Assembly (NCBI GenBank): GCA_046045415.1
Contig: JBJOLT010000015.1
Coordinates: 5,988-69,987 of the forward strand
Direction: 5' to 3'
Source of the DNA: Chloroflexota bacterium
GTDB taxonomy: Bacteria > Chloroflexota > Limnocylindria > Limnocylindrales > CSP1-4
Length of the DNA stretch: 64,000 bases
The notes under the pieces are model-generated. The model had not been told where the DNA came from. It ran no database searches and saw only the letters and a list, made by a program, of their open reading frames with translations. A program made the translations under genes and the position numbers. Of this stretch, positions 50,068-60,201 are shown one piece after another; within the stretch, counting starts at the first letter, position 1; every line of letters begins with the position of its first letter.

Positions 50068-50556
50068 TCAGGTCAGTGCCCGGGCCCCCGCGAGCGTCAG
50101 CTCGAACCAGACGGCGCGCGCCGGGTCCGCGAGATCCTCGGCGATCCGCCGGAGCGCCTCGCGATAGCCGGGCCAGACGACCTCGGCGATCGCGTCCTCG
50201 ATCGGGACCCACCGGTGCCCGTCGTGCTCGTGCGAACGGACGGGCTCGATCCCCGGGCGGACGACGACGGCGAAGACCGCGCTCAAGACGACGGCGTCGA
50301 CCGACGGCTCGTGGAACTGGTTCACGAGGTCGAGGTCGTAGAAGGCCTCGATCCCGTCGGCGGCGATCCCGGTCTCCTCGGCGAGCTCGCGGAGCGCGCC
50401 GAAGGTGATCCGCTCCCCCGGCTCGAGCGACCCGGAGACGCACTGCCAGAGGCCGGGGAGGATCCGGCCCGGGGCGCGGCGGAGGAGCAGGGTCTCGAGG
50501 CGGTCGCCGGCGCGCCGGACGACCCAGCAGTCGACGAGGTCCGGCCTGAGGCTCAC
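50068..50556 (-). CDS. NUDIX hydrolase.
   Basis: The Nudix box reads GALRELAEETGI. A GTG start is proposed at VSLRPDLV; the upstream part of the ORF is artefact. Confidence 0.7.
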   Translation of the reverse strand: MSLRPDLVDCWVVRRAGDRLETLLLRRAPGRILPGLWQCVSGSLEPGERITFGALRELAEETGIAADGIEAFYDLDLVNQFHEPSVDAVVLSAVFAVVVRPGIEPVRSHEHDGHRWVPIEDAIAEVVWPGYREALRRIAEDLADPARAVWFELTLAGARALT

Positions 50557-50569
50557 GGGGCGGCGGCGA

Positions 50570-50899
50570 TCAGAGCCGCTCGAACCGCTCGACCGGGACG
50601 ACGAAGACCGTCGCCCCGCCGATCTCCACCTCGAGCGGGTACGGCATGAAGAACTCGCCCGGCTCGACGATCGGCGGCAGCGGGTCGACGACCTGGGTCC
50701 GGGCGCGGCACGTCTCGCGGACGATCCCGAGGATCTCGTCGATCCGATCCTCCTCGGCGCCGACGAGGACGGTCGCGTTCGACTGGCGGAGGAACCCGCC
50801 CGACGACTGGAGGCGGGTCGCCCGGTGGTCGGCGGCGAGGAGCGCCTCGACGAGCGGGCCCGCATCCTCGCCGTGGACGATCGCGATGACGAGCTTCAC
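50570..50899 (-). CDS. darA: Cyclic-di-AMP receptor, a PII-like protein (DarA/PstA family).
   Basis: MKLVIAIVHGEDAGPLVEALLAADHRATRLQSSGGFLRQSNATVLVGAE...PYPLEVEIGGATVFVVPVERFERL aligns nearly end-to-end with B. subtilis DarA (MKLIVAVVQ...TGGFLKSGNTTFMIGVE...[21 protein letters not shown]). Confidence 0.85.
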   Translation of the reverse strand: MKLVIAIVHGEDAGPLVEALLAADHRATRLQSSGGFLRQSNATVLVGAEEDRIDEILGIVRETCRARTQVVDPLPPIVEPGEFFMPYPLEVEIGGATVFVVPVERFERL

Positions 50900-50994
50900 G
50901 GGGACGAGTATCGGTCAGGCGGGCCGCCGGGTCCACCCTCCCGGGGACGGTCGGGGGACCGGCCCGGGGAGGGGGCTCGTCGCGACCCCCTACA

Positions 50995-52047
50995 ATGCGC
51001 GGGACGACCCCGGAGGAGGAGCTGGTGGCGATCGAGGGACCCGGCACGGAGACGAAGCTCGACGCGCTGACCGACGCAGCGGCTGCGCTCGCGCGGGCGA
51101 GCGACCTCGACGCCGCGATCGGGGCGATCCTCGACGCGACCGTCGGCGCGGTCGGCGCGACCGCCGGCGCGGTCTTCCTCCGCCAGCCCGACTCGCCGAT
51201 CCTCTACGTCGCCGCCCGCCACGGCCTCGACGACGCCGCGGTCGCGACCTTCGAGCGCGAGGTCGAGGACCCGGCCCACCCGGTCGCCGCCGCCGCCCGC
51301 GACGTCGCCGCGGTCTTCGACCGCCCGGTCGTCGGCGCCGAACCGCGGGCCCGCTCGGCGGCGGACCTCCCGCTCGTCGTCACCCACGAGGGCCTCGACC
51401 TCGCCCTCGGCGTGATGACGCTCGCCTGGGCGAGCGCGCGGACGACCTCCCGGAGCGAGCAGCAGCTCGCGCGCGCCGCCGCGGACCTCATCGCCGCCGC
51501 GGTCGACCGGGCGCACCTCGGCGCGCTCCTCGCCGAGCGGGCGGAGTGGTACGAGCGGCTCACCCACACGGACGCCCTCACCGGGCTCGCGAACCGGCGG
51601 ACCTTCGAGCGGGTCCTCGAGATGGACCTCGCCCGGGCCGCGCGGCAGCGGACCGAGCTCTCGCTCGTCGTCTTCGACGTCGACGACTTCGGGAACCTGA
51701 ACGCGACCCGCGGCCACGCCGTCGGCGACGACGTCCTCCGGACGATCGCCGCGACGATCGCGGAGGGGGTCCGCCTCGTCGACACCGTCGCCCGGCTCGG
51801 ACCGGACGAGTTCATCGTCAGCGCCCCCGGGGCGGGCGGCGTCGTCGTCGCCCGCCGCATCCTCGCGACGCTCGCGGCCGGGAACGCGGAGGGCGGGGAG
51901 CCGTTCACCACCTCCGCCGCCGTCGTCCGCTACCCGAGCGACGGGGCGGACGGTCCGGAGCTGATCGCGGCCGCCGAGGCGGCGATCGCCCGGGCGAAGG
52001 CGCAGGGCCCCGGTTCGGTCGAGGCCGCGGAGTACCTCGCGCCCTAG
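50995..52047 (+). CDS. GAF-domain GGDEF-family protein. The active-site motif is degenerate (RLGPDEF instead of GGDEF); the RxxD I-site is present (RLVD).
   Basis: LTGLANRRTFE...VVFDVDDFGNLNATRGHAVGDDVL...RLVDTVARLGPDEF are canonical diguanylate-cyclase blocks with Gly-to-Pro at the second G. Confidence 0.8.
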   Translation: MRGTTPEEELVAIEGPGTETKLDALTDAAAALARASDLDAAIGAILDATVGAVGATAGAVFLRQPDSPILYVAARHGLDDAAVATFEREVEDPAHPVAAAARDVAAVFDRPVVGAEPRARSAADLPLVVTHEGLDLALGVMTLAWASARTTSRSEQQLARAAADLIAAAVDRAHLGALLAERAEWYERLTHTDALTGLANRRTFERVLEMDLARAARQRTELSLVVFDVDDFGNLNATRGHAVGDDVLRTIAATIAEGVRLVDTVARLGPDEFIVSAPGAGGVVVARRILATLAAGNAEGGEPFTTSAAVVRYPSDGADGPELIAAAEAAIARAKAQGPGSVEAAEYLAP

Positions 52048-52727
52048 GCCCCGGGCGTCCCGACGGCGAGCCCGAGCCGCCGGACCGCATCGGCGAGCGA
52101 GCCCGCGACCGTCGCCTCGTCGCGAGTCGCGTCGACGACGACCCAGCGGGCCGGGTCCTCGGCCGCGAGCCGGAGGAAGCCCGCCCGGACCCGCTCGTGG
52201 AACGCGACGTCGAAGGCCGACTCGAACCGGAGATGCTCGTCGGAGCCCTTCCGCGCGAGACCGGCGGCGACCGGGACGTCGAGGAGGATCGTGAGGTCCG
52301 GCCGGAGGCCGCCGGTCGCGTAGGCGCCGATCGCCCGGAGCTCGTCGACCGGCTGCCCGGAGCCGAAGCCCTGGTAGGCGAGCGTCGAGTCCGCGTACCG
52401 GGCGACGATGACGACCTCGCCGCTCGCGAGCGCCGGCTCGATCACCTCGTCGACGTGCTGGGCGCGGGCGGCGTTGAAGAGGAGGACGTCGGTCCGCGGC
52501 CCGATCGGGACCTCGGCCGGGTCCGCGCGGAGGAGCAGCTCGCGGATCCGCTCGCCGGCGGCCGTCCCCCCCGGCTCCCGCGAGAGCCTCACCCGGTGCC
52601 CGGCGGCGGTGAGCGCCGCGGCGAGCCGGGCCGCCTGCGAGGTCTTGCCGCTCCCGTCGGGGCCCTCGATCGTGATGAACCGGCCGCGCGCGGCGTGCTG
52701 CCGGGGAGGGGCGGTCGGGTCGCTCAC
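52044..52727 (-). CDS. tmk: Thymidylate kinase.
   Basis: P-loop FITIEGPDGSGKTS, DRY-like region and the LID region. Confidence 0.85.
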   Translation of the reverse strand: MSDPTAPPRQHAARGRFITIEGPDGSGKTSQAARLAAALTAAGHRVRLSREPGGTAAGERIRELLLRADPAEVPIGPRTDVLLFNAARAQHVDEVIEPALASGEVVIVARYADSTLAYQGFGSGQPVDELRAIGAYATGGLRPDLTILLDVPVAAGLARKGSDEHLRFESAFDVAFHERVRAGFLRLAAEDPARWVVVDATRDEATVAGSLADAVRRLGLAVGTPGA

Positions 52728-52788
52728 CGGGCGAGTCTACCGTCGCGACCCGGCCCGGCGCCGTCCGCGGTGCTAGGCTTCCGACCCG

Positions 52789-54243
52789 ATGAAGGACCTC
52801 GCCGACCTCGCGCTCGACACCGCCACCGCAGCCGGCGCCGGCTATGCCGACGTCCGGATCGTCGAGCGGACGGAGGAGTCCGTGACGGTCCGCTCCGGGC
52901 GGCTCGAGGCCGCCGCCTCCGGGGCGGAGGACGGGGTCGGGGTGCGGGTCCTCGTCGACGGTGCGTGGGGCTTCGCGGCGACCCACCGACTCGAGCGACA
53001 GGACGTGGAGCGGGTCGCCGCCGAGGCGGTCGAGATCGCCCGGGCGTCCGCCACCGCGCTCAGGACCCCGGTCCGGCTCGACGACCGGCCGGTCGCGCGG
53101 GGCCGCTACGAGACGCCGTGCGCGGAGGACCCGTTCGCCGTCCCGCTCGAGCAGAAGGTCGCCGAGCTCCTCGCCGCCGATGCCGAGATGGGCCGGGTGA
53201 AGGGCATCGCGTGGACGGAGGCGACCTACGGGGCGCGACGCGAGCGGAAGACGTTCGCCGCCTCGGACGGCTCCTTCGTGGAGCAGACGATCGTCCACGC
53301 CGGGGCGGGCATCGAGGCGAACGCCGTCGAGGGCGACGAGCACCAGCGGCGGAGCTACCCGATGGACACCGGCTCGTGGCGATCCGCGGGCTACGAGCAC
53401 ATCCGCGGCCTCGGGCTCGTCGAGAACGCCGGGCGGATCGCCGAGGAGGCGGTCGCGCTCCTCTCCGCGCCGCAGTGCCCGTCGGGCCGGATGACGGTGA
53501 TCCTCGACCCGAGCCAGCTCTACCTCCAGGTCCACGAGAGCTGCGGCCACCCGACCGAGCTCGACCGGGTCTTCGGGACCGAGGCGTCGTACGCCGGCAC
53601 TAGCTTCCTCACGACGGACAAGCTCGAGGCCGGCTTCCGGTACGGCTCCGACCTCGTGACGATCGTCGCCGACGCGACCGAGCCGGGAGGCCTCGGCACC
53701 TTCGGCTGGGACGACGAAGGGGTCGCCGCCCAGCGGGTCCCGCTCGTCGAGGACGGGATCTTCGTCGGCTACCTCTCGTCCCGCGAGACGGCCCCGCGGA
53801 TCGGGCGACGGAGCGGCGGGGCGATGCGGGCCGACGGCTGGAACCGGATCCCGCTCATCCGGATGACGAACGTCAGCCTCGTGCCGCGCGACGGGATGTC
53901 GCTCGGGCAGATCATCGAGTCGACCGACGACGGCCTCTACCTCGTGACGAACCGCTCGTGGTCGATCGACGACCGGCGGCTCAACTTCCAGTTCGCGACC
54001 GAGGTCGCGTACGAGGTGAAGGGCGGGAAGATCGGCCGGCTCCTGAAGAACCCGACGTACACCGGGATCACGCCCGAGTTCTGGCGCTCGTGCGACGCCG
54101 TCGCGGACGCGAGCAGCTACCGGATGTTCGGGACCCCGAACTGCGGGAAGGGCGAGCCCGGCCAGGTCGGCTTCGTCGGCCACGGGGTGAGCGGCGCCCG
54201 GTTCCGCGACGTCCAGGTCGGGGTCGGGAAGTGGCGCGGATGA
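52789..54243 (+). CDS. tldD: TldD-family metalloprotease.
   Basis: TldD/PmbA fold with the HExxxH-like region VHESCGHPTELD; 484 aa. Confidence 0.8.
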   Translation: MKDLADLALDTATAAGAGYADVRIVERTEESVTVRSGRLEAAASGAEDGVGVRVLVDGAWGFAATHRLERQDVERVAAEAVEIARASATALRTPVRLDDRPVARGRYETPCAEDPFAVPLEQKVAELLAADAEMGRVKGIAWTEATYGARRERKTFAASDGSFVEQTIVHAGAGIEANAVEGDEHQRRSYPMDTGSWRSAGYEHIRGLGLVENAGRIAEEAVALLSAPQCPSGRMTVILDPSQLYLQVHESCGHPTELDRVFGTEASYAGTSFLTTDKLEAGFRYGSDLVTIVADATEPGGLGTFGWDDEGVAAQRVPLVEDGIFVGYLSSRETAPRIGRRSGGAMRADGWNRIPLIRMTNVSLVPRDGMSLGQIIESTDDGLYLVTNRSWSIDDRRLNFQFATEVAYEVKGGKIGRLLKNPTYTGITPEFWRSCDAVADASSYRMFGTPNCGKGEPGQVGFVGHGVSGARFRDVQVGVGKWRG

Positions 54244-55604
54244 GGTACGCGCCGCCCCCGCGCGATCCCGCGCCGACGCTCGAGCTCGCCGAGGCCGCGG
54301 TCCGGCACGCGCTCGACGCCGGGGCCGACGAGGCCGAGGCGGTGGTCCTCGCGAGCGACTCGGCACTCACCCGCTTCGCGAACAGCGAGATCCACCAGAA
54401 CGTCGCCGAGCGGAGCCTCGAGGTCCGGCTCCGGTTCATCCGCGACGGCCGGTCCGGGGTCGTCACCGCCGACGCGACGGACGACGAGGGGCTCCGCCGG
54501 CTCGCCGGATCGGCCGCCGGCCTGACGAGGCTCCTCGAGCCGCAGCCGGACCTCCCGTCGCTCCCCGACCCGACGCCGCTCCCAGAGGTGACCGGCGCGT
54601 TCGCCGAGGCGACGGCGACGGCGTCGCCGGCGATGCGGGCCGAGGGGGCACGGGCCGTGATCGCGGCGGCCGACGCGGCGGGTGTCGGGTCGTTCGGTTC
54701 GTTCACGACCTCGGTCGACTGGACGGCCGTCGTCAACTCGCGCGGGATCCGCGTCGCGGAGGCGCGGACCCGGGCGCACCTCGTCACGGTCGCGATGGGC
54801 CCGGACGAGGGGACGGGCTACGCGGAGTCGTGCGCGGTCGACGTCGGCACGATCGACGCGGCGGCGCTCGGCCGGGAGGCGGCCGCGACCGCCCGTGCCT
54901 CGGCGCGTCCGGTGGACATCGCCCCGGGCGACTACCCGGTCGTCCTCGCGGAGTACGCGGTCGGCGACATCCTCGACTACCTCGGCTACTGCGGCTTCTC
55001 CGCCCTCGCCGTCCAGCAGGGACGCTCGTTCTTCGAGGCGGGGAAGCGGATCGGCTCGCCCCTCGTGACGATCTGGGACGACGCGCTCGACCCGGCCGGG
55101 ACGCCGGCGTCGTTCGACTTCGAGGGCGTCGCGAAGCAGCGGGTCCCGCTCGTCGTCGACGGGGTCTGCCGCGAGATCGTCCACGACGCGGCGACGGCCG
55201 CCGCCGCGGGACGCCGCTCGACGGGCCACGGCCTCCCCGCGCCGAACACGTGGGGCCCCTTCCCGCTCAACATGGTGATGCGCGCCGGCGACGCGAGCCG
55301 CGACGAGCTGATCGGCGGCCTGGAGCGGGGGCTCCTCGTGACGCGGATCTGGTACTCGAACCCGGTCCACCAGAAGCAGCTGATCATGACCGGGATGACC
55401 CGCGACGGGACCTTCCTCGTCGAGGGCGGACGGATCGTCGGACCGGTCCGGAACCTCCGCTTCACGCACAGCTATCTCGATGCGCTCGCCGCGACGAGCG
55501 CGGTCGGCCGCGAGCGGCGGACGATCTCGGGGATGCTCGGCACGTACGTCGTCCCGTCGATCCGGGCCGACTCGTTCACGTTCACGGGCGCGACGGAGCG
55601 CTGA
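54239..55604 (+). CDS. pmbA: PmbA/TldE-family protein, the partner of TldD.
   Basis: The start MRYAPPPRD overlaps the tldD stop (ATGA). A second TldD/PmbA-fold paralog with no metal-binding motif is typical of TldE. Confidence 0.75.
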
Positions 55605-55623
55605 CTTCGCGGGAGGCGGACGG

Positions 55624-56613
55624 ATGGCGAAGATCGGCTACGCGGCGATGCTCGAGCAGTTCCACCCGACGGACCTGCTCGACTGGTGCGCGCAGGCGGA
55701 GGCGGCGGGGTTCTCGGCGGGCTTCATGGTCTCCGAGCACTTCCACCCGTGGACGCCGCAGCAGGGCCAGTCCGCCTTCGCGTGGAGCTTCATGGGGGCG
55801 CTCGGGACGCGGACGTCGCTCCCGTTCGGCACCGCCGTCACCTGCCCCGGCTTCCGCTACCACCCGGCGGTCATCGCCCATGCCGCCGCGACGCTCGGTG
55901 CGATGTTCCCCGGCCGCTTCTACCTGGGGCTCGGCGCCGGGGAGGCGCTCAACGAGCACGTCGTCGGGTCGTTCTGGCCGGAGATCGGCGTCCGGAGCGC
56001 GATGATGTTCGAGTCGATCGAGATCATCAACAAGCTCTTCACCGGCGAGGTCGTCAAGCACAAGGGCGAGTACTTCACGCTCGAGAGCGCCCGTCTCTAC
56101 ACCCGCCCGGAGAAGCCGGTCCCGATCCTCGTCGCCACCGCGGGCCCGGTGAACGCGAAGAAGACCGGGAAGTACGCGGACGGGATCATCACCGTCGGCG
56201 CGGCGGACGAGAAGATCGCGATGCTCTGGGGGAAGTACGAGGAGGGCGCGAAGGAGGCGGGCAAGGACGTCACGACGACGCCGAAGCTCCTCCAGATCCA
56301 CGTCTCCTGGGCGCGGACCGACGACGAGGCGGTCGAGAACGCGATGAAGGAGTGGCCGAACGGCGGGATGCCCTTCCCGAAGCAGGACATCAAGAACCCG
56401 GAGGACTTCGCCGCGATGGCGAAACTCGTCAGGCCGGAGGACTTCAAGAACCGCGTCCTCATGACGTCCGATCTCGGCAGGCACATCGCCCACATCCAGC
56501 ACTACGTCGACATGGGCTTCGACGAGGTCCACGTCCACAACGTCGGCCGGAACCAGGCCGAGTTCATCGAGGTCTTCGGGAAGGACGTCATCCCGGCCCT
56601 CAGGCTCGGGTAG
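55624..56613 (+). CDS. fgd: F420-dependent glucose-6-phosphate dehydrogenase-like LLM-class oxidoreductase.
   Basis: MAKIGYAAMLEQFHP...SEHFHPW...GLGAGEALNEH aligns block for block with mycobacterial Fgd1 (LGYKASAEQFAP...SDHFQPW...GVGTGEALNEI). Confidence 0.8.
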   Translation: MAKIGYAAMLEQFHPTDLLDWCAQAEAAGFSAGFMVSEHFHPWTPQQGQSAFAWSFMGALGTRTSLPFGTAVTCPGFRYHPAVIAHAAATLGAMFPGRFYLGLGAGEALNEHVVGSFWPEIGVRSAMMFESIEIINKLFTGEVVKHKGEYFTLESARLYTRPEKPVPILVATAGPVNAKKTGKYADGIITVGAADEKIAMLWGKYEEGAKEAGKDVTTTPKLLQIHVSWARTDDEAVENAMKEWPNGGMPFPKQDIKNPEDFAAMAKLVRPEDFKNRVLMTSDLGRHIAHIQHYVDMGFDEVHVHNVGRNQAEFIEVFGKDVIPALRLG

Positions 56614-56616
56614 CCG

Positions 56617-57049
56617 TCAGCGGCGGGCGCCTCGTCCGTCGAAGAACCCGAGCCGGACGAGCAGGTCCCGGTTCGCCGCCACCGCCGCGTAGAGGAGCCG
56701 GACCGCGCGACGGAACGGGGTGACGCCGAGCCACGGGCGGACCGCGCCGCCCCCCGGGAGCCGGACCGCGATCGCGAGGATCGCGTCGCCGCCACGCGCC
56801 ACCTCCCCGCTCCGCGGGTCGACGACGGTGAGCGCCTCGGCGAGATCGTGCGTCCCTGCAGCCGCGCGCACGTGGTCGTGGGCGGACCCGGGCGCCTCGG
56901 CGAGCGGGAGCAGCTCGAACGCCCGGCGGCCCCTCGGCCCGGCATCCCAGCGCCGGAGGTGCGCGACCGCCCAGCGGCAGAACGAGCACTCCCCGTCGTA
57001 GAGGACGACGAGCGACCCGGCGCCCCCGGTCAGCCCCACGAGCTGCGGG
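56617..57049 (-). CDS. DCC1-like thiol-disulfide oxidoreductase family protein (DUF393), about 144 aa.
   Basis: [15 protein letters not shown] is the CxxC motif characteristic of the family. The start is set at a GTG. Confidence 0.65.
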
Positions 57050-59144
57050 CCGTCTCGGGGTAGAGCCTGACGCGCCGGTACGGCTCCCGGCCGCGGGACC
57101 GCGAGACGACGTTCGCGCGCTCGGCGAGCTGGTGCTGGAGGCGGCGGATGTACGCGTTCTGCGGCGAGAGCTCCACCGGCTCCGAGCCGTGGAGGACGAG
57201 CCCGATCCCCTCCTCGGCCTCGCGGAGCGCCGCCTCGCGCGGGTCGATCGCGAGCGAGAAGATCGAGGTGAGGCTCGCCTCCATCTGGAGGACCGTGTTG
57301 CTCTTCAGGACGTAGACGGGCATCGAGCGCTCCTCCGCCTCGCGGAGCTGCGGCGTCTTCTGGCGGTACTCGCTCTTCAGCACCATGACGACGTCGGCCT
57401 CGTCCACGTCGCGCGCGACGACGACGGGGAGCTGGAGCTCGCGGACCGCCTGCTCGAGCCGCTTCCGGCTCACCCCGATCGGCAGGACCCGGATCGTCGG
57501 GAGGATCGACCCCTCCTCGTCGTCGTACCCGGCGTCCGCGTCTGCGCCGGACCCGAAGGCCTCGGCGGCGAGCTGCTCCGCGTTGACCGGGCCGGTCCCC
57601 TCCTCGGCCCGGAGCGACGTGATCGCCCGCTCCGCCTGGTCGAGCCACTCCTGCTGGCGGCGGAGCTCCCGGGCGTCGCGGGCGCGCGGCTCCGGGGAGG
57701 GGACGGCGCCGCGCTCGAGCGGACCGCGGTCCGCGATCTCGCCGATGACGAACGGGACGCCCGGCACGGTCGGCGCCGCGCCGCCGGGGGCGGCCGGACC
57801 GACTGCGAGGTCGCGACCGGAGAGCCGCTCCCCGGGGAGCGAGTACGGTCCCCCGGGCGGGCCGCCGTCGCCGCGGTCGTGGCGGGTGCCGGTCCCGCGA
57901 CCCGCCGACTCGCGGCCGCCCGGCTCGCGGCCGCGCGCCCCCCGCCAGCCGCCGGACTGACCGGGCCGGTACCCCGGGCGGTACGCCGCTCCCTGCTCCC
58001 CGTGGCCGCCGCGGTACGAGCCACCGCGCCAGCCCGGCTCCATCCGCCATGGCGCGCCGCCACCGACGAGGCCGGCGAAGCGCTCGGTGCCGAGACGCTC
58101 GCGCGGCGACGGGCGCGGCCGCGACTGGGACCGGTGGACCCCCTCCTCGTCGCGCCACCGGAGCTCCGGCGCCTCGGGCTCCCCGCGGAGGAGCGAGTCG
58201 ACGGTCTCCGCGACGTCGGCGTGGACGATCACCCGGTCGCGGTCCTGGATCTCGATGACGACGTCGAAGGTGGGCGGCGCCTTCCGCTCGAGGACGCTCT
58301 TCTGCGAGCGGCGGCGGCGGGCTTCCTCGTCGCCGAGCGTGACGCTCTGGATCCCGCCGATCAGGTCCGAGAGGGTCGGGTTGAGCATCAGGTTGTCGAG
58401 GTTGTTCCCGTGCGCCGTCCCGATCAGCTGGACGCCCCGCTCCGCGATCGTCCGGGCGGCCTGCGCCTCGAGCTCCGTCCCGATCTCGTCGATGACGATC
58501 ACCTGGGGCATGTGGTTCTCGACCGCCTCGATCATCACCTCGTGCTGGAGCGAGGGCGTCCGGACCTGCATCCGGCGCGCCTTGCCGATCGCCGGATGCG
58601 GGATGTCGCCGTCCCCGGCGATCTCGTTCGACGTGTCGACGACGACGACCCGCTTGCGGAGGTCGTCGGCGAGGACGCGCGCCGCCTCGCGGAGCATCGT
58701 CGTCTTGCCGATCCCCGGGCGGCCCATGATGAGGATCGACTTCCCGCTCTCGACGAAGTCCCCGATGATCTCGATCGTCCCGAAGACGGCGCGCCCGATC
58801 CGGCAGGTGAGCCCGACGATCTTCCCGTTCCGGTTCCGGATGGCGCTGATCCGGTGGAGCGTCCGCTCGATGCCCGCCCGGTTGTCGTCGCCGAACGACC
58901 CGATGTGGTCGACGACGTAGCCGATGTCGGCCTCGGTGACCTCGCGCTCGAGGAGCATCACCTCGTCGTTCGGGAAGCGCGCCTCGGGACGCCGGCCCAG
59001 GTCGAGGACGACCTCGATGAGGTCGGACCGGTCCGGGAGGGCGCGGACGGCGGCGACCACCTCCGGCGGGAGCGCCGTCAGGAGGAGCTCGAGGTCGTCG
59101 GCCGCCTCGCGGCGGGTGGCTGCGGTCGGGCGCGGGTCGGGCAC
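57030..59144 (-). CDS. AAA-ATPase (SpoIIIAA/Ycf45-like) fused through a roughly 110-aa RG/RGG-rich disordered region to a C-terminal R3H nucleic-acid-binding domain.
   Basis: Walker A motif [11 protein letters not shown], Walker B motif VIVIDEIG and an R3H-like C-terminus ([31 protein letters not shown]). The GTG start at 59142-59144 is preceded by AAGGAG at a 5-nt spacing. Confidence 0.75.
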   Translation of the reverse strand: MPDPRPTAATRREAADDLELLLTALPPEVVAAVRALPDRSDLIEVVLDLGRRPEARFPNDEVMLLEREVTEADIGYVVDHIGSFGDDNRAGIERTLHRISAIRNRNGKIVGLTCRIGRAVFGTIEIIGDFVESGKSILIMGRPGIGKTTMLREAARVLADDLRKRVVVVDTSNEIAGDGDIPHPAIGKARRMQVRTPSLQHEVMIEAVENHMPQVIVIDEIGTELEAQAARTIAERGVQLIGTAHGNNLDNLMLNPTLSDLIGGIQSVTLGDEEARRRRSQKSVLERKAPPTFDVVIEIQDRDRVIVHADVAETVDSLLRGEPEAPELRWRDEEGVHRSQSRPRPSPRERLGTERFAGLVGGGAPWRMEPGWRGGSYRGGHGEQGAAYRPGYRPGQSGGWRGARGREPGGRESAGRGTGTRHDRGDGGPPGGPYSLPGERLSGRDLAVGPAAPGGAAPTVPGVPFVIGEIADRGPLERGAVPSPEPRARDARELRRQQEWLDQAERAITSLRAEEGTGPVNAEQLAAEAFGSGADADAGYDDEEGSILPTIRVLPIGVSRKRLEQAVRELQLPVVVARDVDEADVVMVLKSEYRQKTPQLREAEERSMPVYVLKSNTVLQMEASLTSIFSLAIDPREAALREAEEGIGLVLHGSEPVELSPQNAYIRRLQHQLAERANVVSRSRGREPYRRVRLYPETARSSWG

Positions 59145-59149
59145 GGTCT

Positions 59150-59155
59150 CTCCTT
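59150..59155 (-). promoter_or_regulatory. Shine-Dalgarno sequence AAGGAG, 5 nt upstream of the GTG start of the AAA-R3H gene.
   Basis: Seen in sequence: the minus strand reads ggaaggagagaccGTG. Confidence 0.5.
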
Positions 59156-59161
59156 CCACGC

Positions 59162-60201
59162 TCAGCGGATCGCGGGGACGAGCGCCGGCTGGGCGACGCG
59201 GACGAGCGTCTCCTTCAGGAGGAGGACGACGCTCGCGACCGTCGCGAAGCCCGCCTCCTCGAGGCGGCGGTCGAGCGGCGCCTCGTACGTGCGGACCGGG
59301 GAGATGACGCCGTGCTCCCGCCGGTCGCCGCCGCGATGCTCGGCGATGACGCCGAGACCGTGGCGGATCGCGCCGGACGGGTCGGCCCCGGGACGGGCGA
59401 TCACCTTGAGGTAGTGCGGCTGGTCCGCCTCCGCGACCCCCACCTGGACGAAGGCGTCGAGGAGCGTCCCGTCCTCGCCCCCGTCCTCGGCCTCGACGAC
59501 GAACGAGCGGACGTCCGCGAAGCGGAGGAGCGGCGCGAGGCTGGAGCGCGGGACGCGCCACGCGCCGCCCTGCCGCTCCCAGTCGACGAGCCGGTAGGCC
59601 TCGAGCCGCCGGACGGGGACCGGGGTCGTCGCCTCGTAGAGGCGGCTGAGCGCGAGGGCGTCGAGCGGGGTCGTCGGCCGGATCCGTGCCGCGGCGATCT
59701 CGTCCCGGCCCATCGGCTCGGGGAGCGGCCGGTCGGCCGGGCGGACCATCACGAGCTCCTCGCCGTAGCGGGCGAAGCCCGACTGCATGAAGAGCTCGAC
59801 GTTCCCCGCCCGGTCGAGGCACGCGACGTGGAGGCGGATCGCCCCGCGCCGGGACCCCTCGCGCATCAGCTGCTGGAGGAGGCGGAAGCGGATGTCGCCG
59901 GCGGTCGCCGCCCCGATCGCGTCGAGCTCCACGATCGTCCACTCGTCGCGATGGCCGTCCCGCTCGACCCTCAGGAGGCCCGCGACGGTCCCCGACTCCT
60001 CGTAGACGTAGAGCAGGTCATGCGGGCTGAAGGCGCCGAGGGGGAGCCGGAAGAGACTGAAGACGCCGATCGGCGGACCGCTCACCGGCAGCCCGAGCGA
60101 GCGGGTCTCCTGCGCCTCCCGCTCGGCGAGCCGGGAGAGCTCCCCGAGCGCGGCGAGGTCCGTGAGGCGCGCGATCCGGACCTTCCCGGGGCGCGCGCTC
60201 A
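59162..60201 (-). CDS. Tandem-GNAT-fold acetyltransferase-like protein (346 aa).
   Basis: Starts [13 protein letters not shown]. The GNAT core block [29 protein letters not shown] is present, and the second half is also alpha/beta GNAT-like. Confidence 0.5.
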
